Assembly (NCBI GenBank): GCA_964427615.1
Contig: CAYRUR010000002.1
Span: 17,847-81,846 of the forward strand
DNA from: an uncultured Gammaproteobacteria bacterium
GTDB taxonomy: Bacteria; Patescibacteriota; Microgenomatia; Levybacterales; GWA1-39-11
Reading direction: 5' to 3'
Length of the DNA stretch: 64,000 bases
The position numbers and the translations under genes are program-made. The notes beneath the pieces were generated by a model. That model did no database searches, had not been told where the DNA came from, and was given only the letters and a program-made list of their open reading frames with translations. Shown here one piece after another: positions 27,119-36,650 of the stretch; position 1 is the stretch's first letter, and every line of letters starts with the position of its first letter.

Positions 27119-28629
27119 TTTTTATTTCCTCCTTTAAGTAATTGTATTAATAATTCAACTCCATAGCCAGTCCCACCTTTTGGACCCAGCTCATACTCAC
27201 TCTCTGCAAAAGCAGGTCCTGCAATATCTAAATGCACCCATGGCACATTATCTACAAATTCTTGTAGGAAAAGTGCTGCTGTGATAGATCCTCCCCAGGG
27301 ACTAGAAGACAAATTAGCAATATCAGCTACCTCACTTTTATTAAGTTTTCTATACTCCTCTACCAATGGCATTTCCCACATTTTATCTCCTGAACGACTA
27401 GCAGCCTCTAACACTTCTTTCTTCAATTTTTCATTGTTACTATATAAAGCAGCATAGTCAGTACCAAGTGCTACCATACATGCACCAGTGAGTGTTGCAA
27501 GATCAATAATTTCTGTTGCTCCTTTCTGTACTGCAAATGAAAGACTATCCGCCATTGTAACTCTTCCTTCCGCATCTGTATTTAATACCTCAATTGTTTT
27601 TCCATTGAGTGCTTTTAAGACATCTCCAGGTACATAGGCACTGCCTGATACCAAATTTGGCGTTGCTGCTATCAGTCCTATCACCTCAAAATCTGGCTCA
27701 ATAGTTGCGATAACAGAAAATACGCCTAAGACTGCTGCAGCTCCTGACATATCTGATTTCATAGTAGTCATATATTTTTCAGGCTTTATAGATACTCCAC
27801 CCGTATCAAATGTTATGCCTTTTCCTACCAAAGCTAATTTTCTTTTTGATGTCGTTTTTTTAGGTAAGTAATGAAGATAAATAAATTTGGGAGGAGTATC
27901 TGCAGCACGTGCCACACCCAAAAATGCATTCATTCCCATTTTTTCTGCCTCTTTACGATCATAGATTTCACATGTTATTTGAGTACTGCTTCTGGCTATA
28001 TCTTGGGCAATATTAGCAAGCATCGTAGGAGTTGCAACTGCTGCCTGTTCATTGACTAAATCACGAGCCAGTTTTACTGCGTTATAGGTCAATTGAGGTA
28101 AAGAAATTGCTTCTTCAAGCTCTTTTTTTATCTGTCCTTCATGTGAGAAAATGAGCGTGGAAAGCATACGGCCGTTTTTTTCATTTTTTTTGTACTGACC
28201 AAAAGTATAGGTTCCGTATAAAAATCCTTCTGCTATCATCCTCAACTGCTCTTCCACCGATAAAGACGATTCAGATTTACCCAAGACAGATACAGCCACT
28301 GAATCATTTCCTTCACGAATCTTTTTTGCTACTCCAGCTGCAATTTTTCTTAACCGAGGGGACGTTAACTCTTCTTCTTCTCCCAATCCTACTATGAGAA
28401 TTTTACTACCTACCACAGCAGAAGATGAAGGATAATACGTAATTATTTCTCCTTCTTTTGCTTCAAATTTCTCGAGTTCTATTACTTTACTCAACGACCC
28501 ATCCAGCAGTGCGTCAATTTCATCAAAAGTCTTACTTGTTTTATATCCTTTTTTTGTTTTAAATAAAAAGAGGAGTAAATTATCAGCTGAGATGTTTGAT
28601 AATGGACGTTTTACGGTTTCGATATGCAT
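27115..28629 (-). CDS. pepA: leucyl aminopeptidase (M17)
   Basis: NTDAEGR signature (VLNTDAEGRVTMADSL) and LVGKGITFDTGG. Confidence 0.85.
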   Translation of the reverse strand: MHIETVKRPLSNISADNLLLFLFKTKKGYKTSKTFDEIDALLDGSLSKVIELEKFEAKEGEIITYYPSSSAVVGSKILIVGLGEEEELTSPRLRKIAAGVAKKIREGNDSVAVSVLGKSESSLSVEEQLRMIAEGFLYGTYTFGQYKKNEKNGRMLSTLIFSHEGQIKKELEEAISLPQLTYNAVKLARDLVNEQAAVATPTMLANIAQDIARSSTQITCEIYDRKEAEKMGMNAFLGVARAADTPPKFIYLHYLPKKTTSKRKLALVGKGITFDTGGVSIKPEKYMTTMKSDMSGAAAVLGVFSVIATIEPDFEVIGLIAATPNLVSGSAYVPGDVLKALNGKTIEVLNTDAEGRVTMADSLSFAVQKGATEIIDLATLTGACMVALGTDYAALYSNNEKLKKEVLEAASRSGDKMWEMPLVEEYRKLNKSEVADIANLSSSPWGGSITAALFLQEFVDNVPWVHLDIAGPAFAESEYELGPKGGTGYGVELLIQLLKGGNKK

Positions 28630-28702
28630 AACTTCTATAATTCTAGCATTTAGAGGCGAAAAATCAACCCGCAGCTCACAACAATTTTAACATACCTGCA
28701 AG

Positions 28703-28733
28703 TTTACACAGAACAGGGAGCATATGATATAAT
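28703..28733 (+). promoter_or_regulatory. candidate promoter for tRNA-Leu (TTTACA-19-TATAAT)
   Basis: TATAAT at about 28728-28733, roughly 16 nt upstream of the tRNA 5' end. Confidence 0.3.
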
Positions 28734-28749
28734 TGTAACGGCCTGTTTT

Positions 28750-28835
28750 GCCGAGGTGGTGGAATGGTAGACACGCGGGTCTCAAAAACCCGTGAGCGTA
28801 ACCCGCTCATGAGGGTTCGAGTCCCTCTCTCGGCA
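28750..28835 (+). tRNA. tRNA-Leu (anticodon CAA), type II with long variable arm; no encoded CCA
   Basis: Cloverleaf folded by hand: acceptor GCCGAGG/TCTCGGC; anticodon stem CGGGT/ACCCG; loop CTCAAAA; variable hairpin gagcg/cgctc; T-arm GAGGG-TTCGAGT-CCCTC. Confidence 0.85.
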
Positions 28836-28963
28836 CATTTCAACTAGATTACAAAGTAAATACCGCGCGAATAAAGAGTTGACTGTTTGCGTTCAAGCTT
28901 AAACCAGAAATTAAACACAAGTTAATCACATCCCTCTTTGTAGGATATACTATTAAGACTATT

Positions 28964-29557
28964 ATGAATTTATTTAAAAAAGGAATTACAAAACTAAGAA
29001 AATGGATTCAGGCACTTCCCGATAGAAAACAATATATTGATTTTATAGCGGGTATTTTGGGTATTCCTGCTCTTATTATGGTTTTATTATTGAATTACAA
29101 TAATCTACAGGGAAGTAAAAAAACAGAAGATAAAACAACACAGCCCCCAGCCCCTATTATTATTGAAAAAACAGTAACCCCTGAAAAAGAATCAGAAAAC
29201 AAAAATAACAGCACTACTGCACCCACTACTCAAGTCTGTAAAAAAGAAATTGGACCAATAGAAATTACCTATCCTGAGGAGAATGAAACAATATCTGAAA
29301 ATCCTGTTACCGTTATCATTGATTATGATAATGATACGTACTGTTCTGTTGTTTGGTCTTATCGCATCAATGGAGGATCTTGGTCAGAATACACGAATAG
29401 TTCCATTTCACTATTTGACATGCCTGCTGGAAAGAAAAAATTGGAACTCAGAGTACAAAGCACCGTATCACAAGACACAGAAAAGCTTGAAAGAAACTTT
29501 ACATATGAGAAAAAAGCAGATGAAAAAGCTGCTTCTGTCTCAGCGAATATGGACTAA
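28964..29557 (+). CDS. membrane-anchored hypothetical protein with extracytoplasmic domain
   Basis: 197 aa. N-terminal TM (FIAGILGIPALIMVLLL), then a T/P-rich linker. Confidence 0.5.
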   Translation: MNLFKKGITKLRKWIQALPDRKQYIDFIAGILGIPALIMVLLLNYNNLQGSKKTEDKTTQPPAPIIIEKTVTPEKESENKNNSTTAPTTQVCKKEIGPIEITYPEENETISENPVTVIIDYDNDTYCSVVWSYRINGGSWSEYTNSSISLFDMPAGKKKLELRVQSTVSQDTEKLERNFTYEKKADEKAASVSANMD

Positions 29558-29660
29558 ACAGCTCTTTATTTTCTAGGGACAAATCACCAATAACAAAACA
29601 AAAACCTCACATTCCTATCGGTGATACTACCCTCCTTTTGATCATTGCCAACAAACTTGT

Positions 29661-31358
29661 TTACACCTGAGATGCTTCAAGTACAGGGGAAGAAGGAGTT
29701 ACTATCTTTTTAGTACTTTTGTCCAGCCTAAAAAGTAAGAAACGATGGCCGGTCAACGTAAAAAGATATGGCTTGTCTTTGATACGAGGAAAGGCTACTT
29801 CTGAGGCCATTTCAACCGGTTTAATTCCTGCATACTCTGCTAAATCCAATTGAAAGTATTGTGGTTTGCGGGAAAGATTAAAAATACAAAGAATATCATC
29901 ATCTGGATGAGTCCTGACAAAAGCAAAAATACTTCTATTTTCAGGGTAAATCATCTTCATGCCACCCTTACCAAAGGCTTCTGTTTTTTTTCTGATTTTA
30001 ATAAGCGTTTTGATGTAATTAAGCAATGAATAAGGAAGTCTTTCTTGTGTCTTTACATTGACAGATTGATAGTGAAACATCGGATTTTCGATAATTGGCA
30101 AATATAACTGTTCTGGATCGACCATAGAAAATCCTGCATTTCTGTCAGGAGTCCATTGCATCGGCGTTCTTACTCCATTTCTATCTCCCAAGAAAATATT
30201 ATCCCCCATTCCTAGCTCATCTCCATAATAAATAACAGGACTACCTGGAAGCGTAAAGAGCAAGGCATACAGCATATCAAGCGTCAGACGGTCATTATCT
30301 ATCAATGGAGCCAGTCTTCTTCTAATACCAACATTGATCCTCATCTTAGGATGTTTTGCATACTCGTTGTACATAAAATCCCGTTCTTCATCAGATACCA
30401 TCTCAAGCGTTAATTCATCATGATTTCTTAAAAATTTAGCCCATTGAGCAGTCGGAGGAATACCAGCTGTTTGTTTTAAGATATCAACAATTGCTTTTCT
30501 ATCCTCTTTGCGCAACGCAAGAAAAATACGAGGCATGACAGGAAAGTTAAAAGCCATATGAAACTCGTCTCCATTACCAAAATAAGGAATTGCTTCAGTA
30601 GGCCATTGATTTGCCTCTGCTAAAAGAATAGTCCCTGGGTAATCCTCATCCATCATTTTGCGGATTTCCTTAAAATAGGCATGAGTTTCAGGCAGATTTT
30701 CACAGCTGGTCCCTTCTCTTTCAAATAAATAAGGCACAGCATCACAGCGAAATCCATCAAGGCCTAAATCCAGCCAAAAGCGCATCACCTTCTTCATTTC
30801 TTCCCGGACTTCCGGATTATCAAAATTTAAATCAGGCTGATGGCTGAAAAATCTATGCCAATAATATTGTTTGGCAACTGGATCCCACGTCCAGTTTGAT
30901 ACCTCTGTGTCAGTAAAAATAATACGCACGTCTTTGTATTTTTGATCATCATCTGACCATACAAACCAATCTCTTTTAGGACTATTTTGATCTTTTCTCG
31001 CTTCTTGAAACCATGGATGGTCACTGGAGACGTGGTTAAAAACCATATCAGCTATTACCCGAATACCCCGCTTATGAGCCTCATCTACAAATTCTTGAAA
31101 GTCTTCCAGAGTTCCATAATCCGGATTTACGTTATAATAATCTGCCACATCATATCCATCATCTTTTAAAGGAGAAGGATAAAATGGCAAGAGCCATACA
31201 CAATTGACACCGAGATTTTGGATGTAGTTAAGTTTGTGAGTCAATCCTTTAAAGTCCCCTATGCCATCTTCGTTGCTGTCATAAAATGACTTGACGTGCA
31301 CTTCGTAAAAAATGGCGTCTTTATACCACAGATGATTATTATTTTGTGCCTTGGCCAT
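29661..31358 (-). CDS. treS: GH13 alpha-amylase-family enzyme, trehalose synthase/maltose glucosyltransferase-like
   Basis: WYKDAIFYEVHV, GIGDFKGL and VIADMVFNHVS are GH13/TreS signatures. The ORF-track start at 31409 is a TTG; the ATG (MAKAQ...) at 31358 is preferred. Confidence 0.7.
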   Translation of the reverse strand: MAKAQNNNHLWYKDAIFYEVHVKSFYDSNEDGIGDFKGLTHKLNYIQNLGVNCVWLLPFYPSPLKDDGYDVADYYNVNPDYGTLEDFQEFVDEAHKRGIRVIADMVFNHVSSDHPWFQEARKDQNSPKRDWFVWSDDDQKYKDVRIIFTDTEVSNWTWDPVAKQYYWHRFFSHQPDLNFDNPEVREEMKKVMRFWLDLGLDGFRCDAVPYLFEREGTSCENLPETHAYFKEIRKMMDEDYPGTILLAEANQWPTEAIPYFGNGDEFHMAFNFPVMPRIFLALRKEDRKAIVDILKQTAGIPPTAQWAKFLRNHDELTLEMVSDEERDFMYNEYAKHPKMRINVGIRRRLAPLIDNDRLTLDMLYALLFTLPGSPVIYYGDELGMGDNIFLGDRNGVRTPMQWTPDRNAGFSMVDPEQLYLPIIENPMFHYQSVNVKTQERLPYSLLNYIKTLIKIRKKTEAFGKGGMKMIYPENRSIFAFVRTHPDDDILCIFNLSRKPQYFQLDLAEYAGIKPVEMASEVAFPRIKDKPYLFTLTGHRFLLFRLDKSTKKIVTPSSPVLEASQV

Positions 31359-31562
31359 AAATTTAGGTAGTCGTAAATACACAATAAAGAATATGGTTAT
31401 TGTACACAAAAAATTGTATTGTTTAAAGAGGATTTTTCTTTACAAATAAATACTGTACTGATAGAAAATAAGAGAATTTGTTTTCACTAAACATCGCTTT
31501 CAAATAATACCTTTATCATCTGAAGTCGTAGGAAATTTGATCATTTGCACAGCTGAATATGC

Positions 31563-32855
31563 CTAATCGCTAATGAAACCAAGAGCTCTTCCGTTCTGTT
31601 GTTCAACCCTACTAATGTGTCTTCCACTACTATCCATCAATTCTATAATATTATTCTCTCCATCTATAGGAGTATTATCCTTTACTCCTGTAGGACTTGA
31701 TTTAAGAACCATATAAAACTTTTCATTTGGAGATATAAAGATAGACCATATTTCTCTCTGCTTATTTATCTCATCTTGAGAAATTGGAATCTCCTTCTGC
31801 TTTATACCTGCTAGACTAACGTCAAGTCTATATAGCTTATGTGTTCTATCAAGCGTAGATAGCAAAATGCTATCGCTTTTAGGAAAAATCGTAGCTGTTC
31901 TTATTTGAGGAATACCAGTTATTATCATTTCTTTTTTTGTTTTAATATCATAATAGTATTTCTCATCACGTAAATCTCTGATAATCCCATTTCCCTTATA
32001 AAGCCAATAATATGCTGGCGAAAACTCTTTCTCTTTTGGTTTATAAACTTGCTCTTGTGAAGTGCCGTCAAGATTTGCAAAAAAAGCATTTTCTTTTGAA
32101 TGAAAGCATTCTCCTATACATCCTTCCCAATCAGCTATGGTAAAACCTAGCTTACTATTACTGAACCATCCTGCAATACGTGACTGAGATGGAAGATTTA
32201 TTTTTTGAGGCTTTTTATGAGCAATTGAAACTTTATATTTCTGCCCGAAATACCCATCCGAGAAAACAAAAGCGTCACTATCAGGAGACCAAAATAGATC
32301 TACAACTTGGTTAATATCATCTTTCTCATCAGCAAATACTAATGTATTTTGTGAACCATCAGTATTCACCAGCCATAACTCACTCTGATTTTTGTGTCCA
32401 TTCATTGGAAAACCTTTTCTACTCAAAACGTACACCATTTTTTTCCCATCTGGTGAAATTTTTACTTCAGAAAATCGAAAATCCATAGTAGTGGGAAGTG
32501 TAAGTATTTCCTTTTTGTCTTTAGTATTGAAATCGTAGCGATAAATGTGAGTAGTAAAATCATCCTGTTCATGACCAAATGCTCGTATACCTTTATGGAA
32601 TGAGTATAGAATAATGGGTAGCTGACTAACCTGCTTATTTGTGAATATGATATTTTCACTTTGGGATTTAGTGATTTTAGCAGTATCATGATTACCATTG
32701 ATCCAGAACATATACCCTCCTGCTCCAATTACCGTAATAATTAACAAAACAGCAAAAAAAGAAAACACTTTTCTCCATTTATGAGAGTTATTTAACTTGT
32801 CCTGTTCTGGTGAAATGAATTGAGGACTAGAAGACTGTTGATTTACCTGTTCCAT
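31563..32855 (-). CDS. membrane-anchored TolB-like beta-propeller (PD40 repeat) protein
   Basis: N-terminal TM. Repeated SPDGKK / WSPDSD motifs typical of TolB/PD40 blades. Confidence 0.55.
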   Translation of the reverse strand: MEQVNQQSSSPQFISPEQDKLNNSHKWRKVFSFFAVLLIITVIGAGGYMFWINGNHDTAKITKSQSENIIFTNKQVSQLPIILYSFHKGIRAFGHEQDDFTTHIYRYDFNTKDKKEILTLPTTMDFRFSEVKISPDGKKMVYVLSRKGFPMNGHKNQSELWLVNTDGSQNTLVFADEKDDINQVVDLFWSPDSDAFVFSDGYFGQKYKVSIAHKKPQKINLPSQSRIAGWFSNSKLGFTIADWEGCIGECFHSKENAFFANLDGTSQEQVYKPKEKEFSPAYYWLYKGNGIIRDLRDEKYYYDIKTKKEMIITGIPQIRTATIFPKSDSILLSTLDRTHKLYRLDVSLAGIKQKEIPISQDEINKQREIWSIFISPNEKFYMVLKSSPTGVKDNTPIDGENNIIELMDSSGRHISRVEQQNGRALGFISD

Positions 32856-33080
32856 AAGGATCTATCTATAGCTTCTCATTGTTAAAATTACTTGTCAAGT
32901 TTCAAACACAGCAACACTGTTTTATTTTATAAATAAATTGTGAACATTGGAAAAAGTTGAAAACAACTTGAAGAATATGTAAAAACGCCCACTTCTCTCA
33001 TTGAGCTCTGTTACTACAGTAGATTAATTTGCGCAAGAGTTGCTGTGCAATTTGTAGCCCGATATATCAGGGGTGAAAAG

Positions 33081-33151
33081 TGGACCTACCGGGAATTGAA
33101 CCCGGAACTTACCCATGCGAAGGGTACGGTATGCCGTTTACCTATAGGCCC
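33081..33151 (-). tRNA. tRNA-Ala (anticodon CGC)
   Basis: Reverse complement folds as GGGCCTA-TA-GGTA-AACGGCA-TACC-G-TACCC-TTCGCAT-GGGTA-AGTT-CCGGG-TTCAATT-CCCGG-TAGGTCC-A. The Ala-identity G3:U70 pair is present. Confidence 0.8.
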
Positions 33152-33199
33152 AGAATAACCCTTATTGTACTATGAAAAATGAAAATCGTATAGATGCCT

Positions 33200-33383
33200 G
33201 TGGAACGTTATTTCTCGACAAGCTCGAAATATAAAGATTTTATTTTTCGACCAAGCGAAGTGCGTGGAGAAAATTTATTATTTCAAAACTGAGGAAAACT
33301 AAACCCTAAGCACTAACCCCTAACCGCTCCTTCTTCTTTCCAACTCGTTAACTCTTTAACTCGCAACCCGTTAATTTATATAT
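33200..33383. repeat. composite intergenic repeat (cgaagtgcgt hairpin module + ctaagcactaacccctaacc words + aactcgttaactctttaactcgcaacccgttaa module)
   Basis: Module matches 21971-22022, 45060-45100 and, reverse-complemented, 19240-19262. Confidence 0.55.
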
Positions 33384-34721
33384 TTACTCCTCAAAAGCAG
33401 CTGCGTGGTTTTGGTCAATGTTGTAAAACCGGATTCTATCACCACGAAATAGCAGATCTCTTTCTCCCACTGCTCCATTTCTGTGCTTTGCTACTAAAAT
33501 GCTCACAATACGCTGAGGACTCATAGCCTCATCTTTTGAATACAAAAACATAACTACGTCAGCATCTTGTTCTATGGATCCTGACTCTCGCAAATCCGCA
33601 AGTTGTGGTCTTCTATCTCCTGTTCTATGCTCTATCGCACGAGAAAGCTGAGACAACGCAATCACCGGAACCCGTAACTCTCTTGCCAAATTTTTTAAAT
33701 TTTGAGAAACATACGTTACCTCCTGTACACGACTCTCCAATTTTTTTCCTGGATTTACCAATTGCAAATAGTCCACAACTAAAAGGCGTACTCCATGCTC
33801 TGAATGCAATCTTCTGGCTTTGGTGCGCATTTCAGAAATAGTAATACCAGGAGTATCATCAATATAAATAGGAGCTTCTGCTAACTCTCCCATTGCTTGA
33901 GACAGTTTTTCAAAATCCTCATCAGTTAAATTACCTGTTTTTAGCTTCCATGCATCAATATCTGCTTGACTTATGAGCAGACGATCCACCAATTCCTCTT
34001 TACTCATTTCAAGTGAAAAAATACCGACAGGAACTTTCGTGTTCACTGTAATATGCTGAGCACAATTCACGACAAATGCCGTTTTACCCTGACCAGGACG
34101 TGCAGCAAGAATAATCAAATTTGAATTCTGAAAACCTGACAACATGTTATCTAAATCTACAAACCCTGACTCCACTCCTCGTATACCTCCTTCTTTTTTA
34201 TGCAACTCATCCAACCTATCAAAACTTTCAGCCAGTGTTTCTTTAATATGTACAAACCCTTGTTTTGCATGATCCTGACTCACCCGAAAAATCGTTTGCT
34301 CTGCCCGATCCAATACTTCAGAGGAAGGTGCATCTTCCTGAAAAGCAAGATTGGTAGTCTCTGCTCCTAATTGGATCAGTACTCGTCTGATGTACTTCTC
34401 ACGAACAATTTCTGTATAGTGCTCTAGATTTGCTGCAGTAGGTACTGCATTTGCTAATGAAGTAAGATAGGAAGAACCTCCTACTTTTTGAAAGAGTTTT
34501 TTTGTTTTTAAAAGACTGGTAAGTGTAAGCGTATCAATGGGTTTTCGTTGCTCGTACAGATCAAGCATACACTCAAAAATACTAGCATTTGCTTCACTAT
34601 AGAAATATTCAGGCTTTACCTGTTGAGAAGCAGAACTGATTGCTTCTTTATCAATGAGGATTGCGCCAAGCACTGCAGCTTCCGCATCTTCATCATGTGG
34701 GGGAATTCGTGCTATTGCCAT
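33384..34721 (-). CDS. dnaB: replicative DNA helicase DnaB
   Basis: 445 aa. Walker A GQGKT(A) in 'ARPGQGKTAFV'. DnaB N- and C-terminal domain architecture. Confidence 0.9.
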   Translation of the reverse strand: MAIARIPPHDEDAEAAVLGAILIDKEAISSASQQVKPEYFYSEANASIFECMLDLYEQRKPIDTLTLTSLLKTKKLFQKVGGSSYLTSLANAVPTAANLEHYTEIVREKYIRRVLIQLGAETTNLAFQEDAPSSEVLDRAEQTIFRVSQDHAKQGFVHIKETLAESFDRLDELHKKEGGIRGVESGFVDLDNMLSGFQNSNLIILAARPGQGKTAFVVNCAQHITVNTKVPVGIFSLEMSKEELVDRLLISQADIDAWKLKTGNLTDEDFEKLSQAMGELAEAPIYIDDTPGITISEMRTKARRLHSEHGVRLLVVDYLQLVNPGKKLESRVQEVTYVSQNLKNLARELRVPVIALSQLSRAIEHRTGDRRPQLADLRESGSIEQDADVVMFLYSKDEAMSPQRIVSILVAKHRNGAVGERDLLFRGDRIRFYNIDQNHAAAFEE

Positions 34722-34724
34722 AGC

Positions 34725-35219
34725 TTATTTTGCAAGATAAATGGCAGATTCTTCGACTTCTTCTCTTTTTGAAATATTTACTTTTGGTAACTTTTTAACA
34801 GCATACCCTTCAGGAAAAAGACTACTTTCACCAAAAATAATAGGTGTTACCGCAGAGAAAAAAGAAAGTGTTGGTTCTTCAAGTGGTTCTACTGCATGGA
34901 TTAAAATTGCATCAAAATCCTCAATATCTTTGATTTGTTTTACTGCTGAGGATGGAAAGAGAAGTATTTTTTCATTATCTGCTATAAGCGTATATATAAC
35001 ACTATCACCTACGTTTTCTCCTTTAATACTCACTCCTTGCACCTCATACTCTCCTGCCCCATGGATTGCCAAAACATCCTTTTCGAGTAAACCTGAGTGT
35101 GCGGTACTAGAGGTAAACAACACAACTTCATTATCAGGATTTGCAGAAGGATCAACTAATAAAGTTGTTTTTTTTGTTTTTATCCGGATGCCGTCTCCGG
35201 TAAGTGAAATAACTTCCAT
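34725..35219 (-). CDS. hypothetical protein (operonic with dnaB)
   Basis: 164 aa, balanced composition. The fully antisense 175-aa ORF on the plus strand looks like low-complexity junk. Confidence 0.5.
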   Translation of the reverse strand: MEVISLTGDGIRIKTKKTTLLVDPSANPDNEVVLFTSSTAHSGLLEKDVLAIHGAGEYEVQGVSIKGENVGDSVIYTLIADNEKILLFPSSAVKQIKDIEDFDAILIHAVEPLEEPTLSFFSAVTPIIFGESSLFPEGYAVKKLPKVNISKREEVEESAIYLAK

Positions 35220-35295
35220 ACTTTATATTAAGAAATCAGAAAAAGAGGATAATCTCTTGTTTATTTAGCATTATCCTACCACATAATCGCTTTCC

Positions 35296-35324
35296 TTGAC
35301 AAGAGGATGTTTTTGAACTATCAT
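35296..35324 (+). promoter_or_regulatory. sigma70-like promoter TTGACA-17-TATCAT
   Basis: Read directly. About 24 nt upstream of the ATG at 35348. Confidence 0.5.
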
Positions 35325-35347
35325 ATGTGAGATATTCAGCTCAAAGT

Positions 35348-35779
35348 ATGAAAGAACGCATTATCATTGTTTTTATTGCTGTCACTCTTGGCATTCTTGT
35401 TACTACCGTCGGTTACCTCATTTATCAATCTACCAAAGTTATTCCTGACACAGCAGACACACCTAACAAAGGATCCCTTCTCCAATCACAAGAAACTGAA
35501 AACAAAGATGGTCATTACTTAAAAGTTAATGATCCAAAAAACGAAACAGTTGCCACTACCAGAACAATTCAAGTAAAAGGTGAAACAAATCCTGAAAATA
35601 CGATAGTAGTCTCCTCCAACCAAGAAGACGTAGCAGTTACTCCTACTGCTAACGGATCATTTTCCGTATCTGTTACTATAGATGCAGGGGCAAATAAAAT
35701 TATTACTCGCAGTATTGCACCAAATGGAGAAACTAAAACTGACGAAAGAATAGTAACATTCTCATCTGAAGATTTTTAA
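35348..35779 (+). CDS. secreted/membrane-anchored hypothetical protein
   Basis: ORF-track start 35327 is a GTG inside the -10 region. The ATG at 35348 (MKERIIIVFIAVTLGILV...) gives a signal anchor. Confidence 0.5.
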   Translation: MKERIIIVFIAVTLGILVTTVGYLIYQSTKVIPDTADTPNKGSLLQSQETENKDGHYLKVNDPKNETVATTRTIQVKGETNPENTIVVSSNQEDVAVTPTANGSFSVSVTIDAGANKIITRSIAPNGETKTDERIVTFSSEDF

Positions 35780-35780
35780 T

Positions 35781-36545
35781 ATGAAAAAAAGAATATTATT
35801 TTTAACACTTATAACAGCATTTGCATTATTTGCCCATCAAAGTGCTCTCTTAACCAGAGCAGCTACTCCTACTCCCGAAGAGACCAATTCAGAACTTGAA
35901 ACTATAGAAAAAATAAAAGATATGGTAGCAAGCCGAGTTGCAGAACTTGATCTGGTAGAGAAAAGAGGGTTCTTAGGAGAGGTAAGTGAAGCTTCTAATA
36001 CATCAGTAAAAATAAAAGACCTACAGGGAAAGATAAAAAACATAGACATTGATGAACTAACAGAATTTCAAGCTGCCAAATCAGAAGAATTCGGCATATC
36101 AGATATTAAAAAAGGAGACATCATCTCCTTTGTAGGACTTTATAACAAAGATACAGAACGGTTATTAGCCCGCTTTGTAAAAAAAGCTACTGCCATTCCT
36201 ACTTCTTTTGAAGGAGTTATCTTAGAAAAAGACACAGAGGAATACACCCTAACCGTGGTAAATGAAAAAGGAGAAAAAAGAACCGTTGATATTGAGAGCT
36301 CCACTGATACCTATGCCTACTCAAAAGGACAAGAGGAAGAAAAATCAGGGTTTTCAAAAATAGAAGTCGGAGAAAGAGTAATTGTTACTGGCTTTCCAAG
36401 CAAAGAAGACAGCAACAGACTTTCAGCATCCCGTATCTTGGTTTTGCTTGGCATACAACCTTCTGAAGCAATGAAAAAACATATGGGGAATATAGAACCA
36501 AAAACAGATACAGAAATTACTCCTACAACCACTGAGAAAGAATAG
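35781..36545 (+). CDS. secreted hypothetical protein
   Basis: 254 aa. Signal peptide MKKRILFLTLITAFALFAHQSA. Confidence 0.55.
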   Translation: MKKRILFLTLITAFALFAHQSALLTRAATPTPEETNSELETIEKIKDMVASRVAELDLVEKRGFLGEVSEASNTSVKIKDLQGKIKNIDIDELTEFQAAKSEEFGISDIKKGDIISFVGLYNKDTERLLARFVKKATAIPTSFEGVILEKDTEEYTLTVVNEKGEKRTVDIESSTDTYAYSKGQEEEKSGFSKIEVGERVIVTGFPSKEDSNRLSASRILVLLGIQPSEAMKKHMGNIEPKTDTEITPTTTEKE

Positions 36546-36571
36546 ATTATAGTCTCCTTAAAATAATGTCA

Positions 36572-36603
36572 TTCTGGCAAACGAAGTGCGTCCAGAATCT
36601 TTT
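36572..36603. terminator. rho-independent terminator-like hairpin TTCTGG-caaacgaagtgcgt-CCAGAA followed by TCTTTT, between convergent genes
   Basis: 6-bp stem plus T-run, 26 nt after the 36545 stop. Also part of the GTCAT/cgaagtgcgt repeat family. Confidence 0.45.
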
Positions 36604-36650
36604 ACTAATCTTTAACTACAGAAAAGCTTATTCTCTTCTAACCTAAGACT

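Noticed and set aside
34741-35268. 175-aa plus-strand ORF fully antisense to 34725..35219
   Set aside because: Ser-rich low-complexity translation (MADSSTSSLFEIF...). The minus-strand partner has a balanced, protein-like composition and is operonic with dnaB. This is a shadow ORF.
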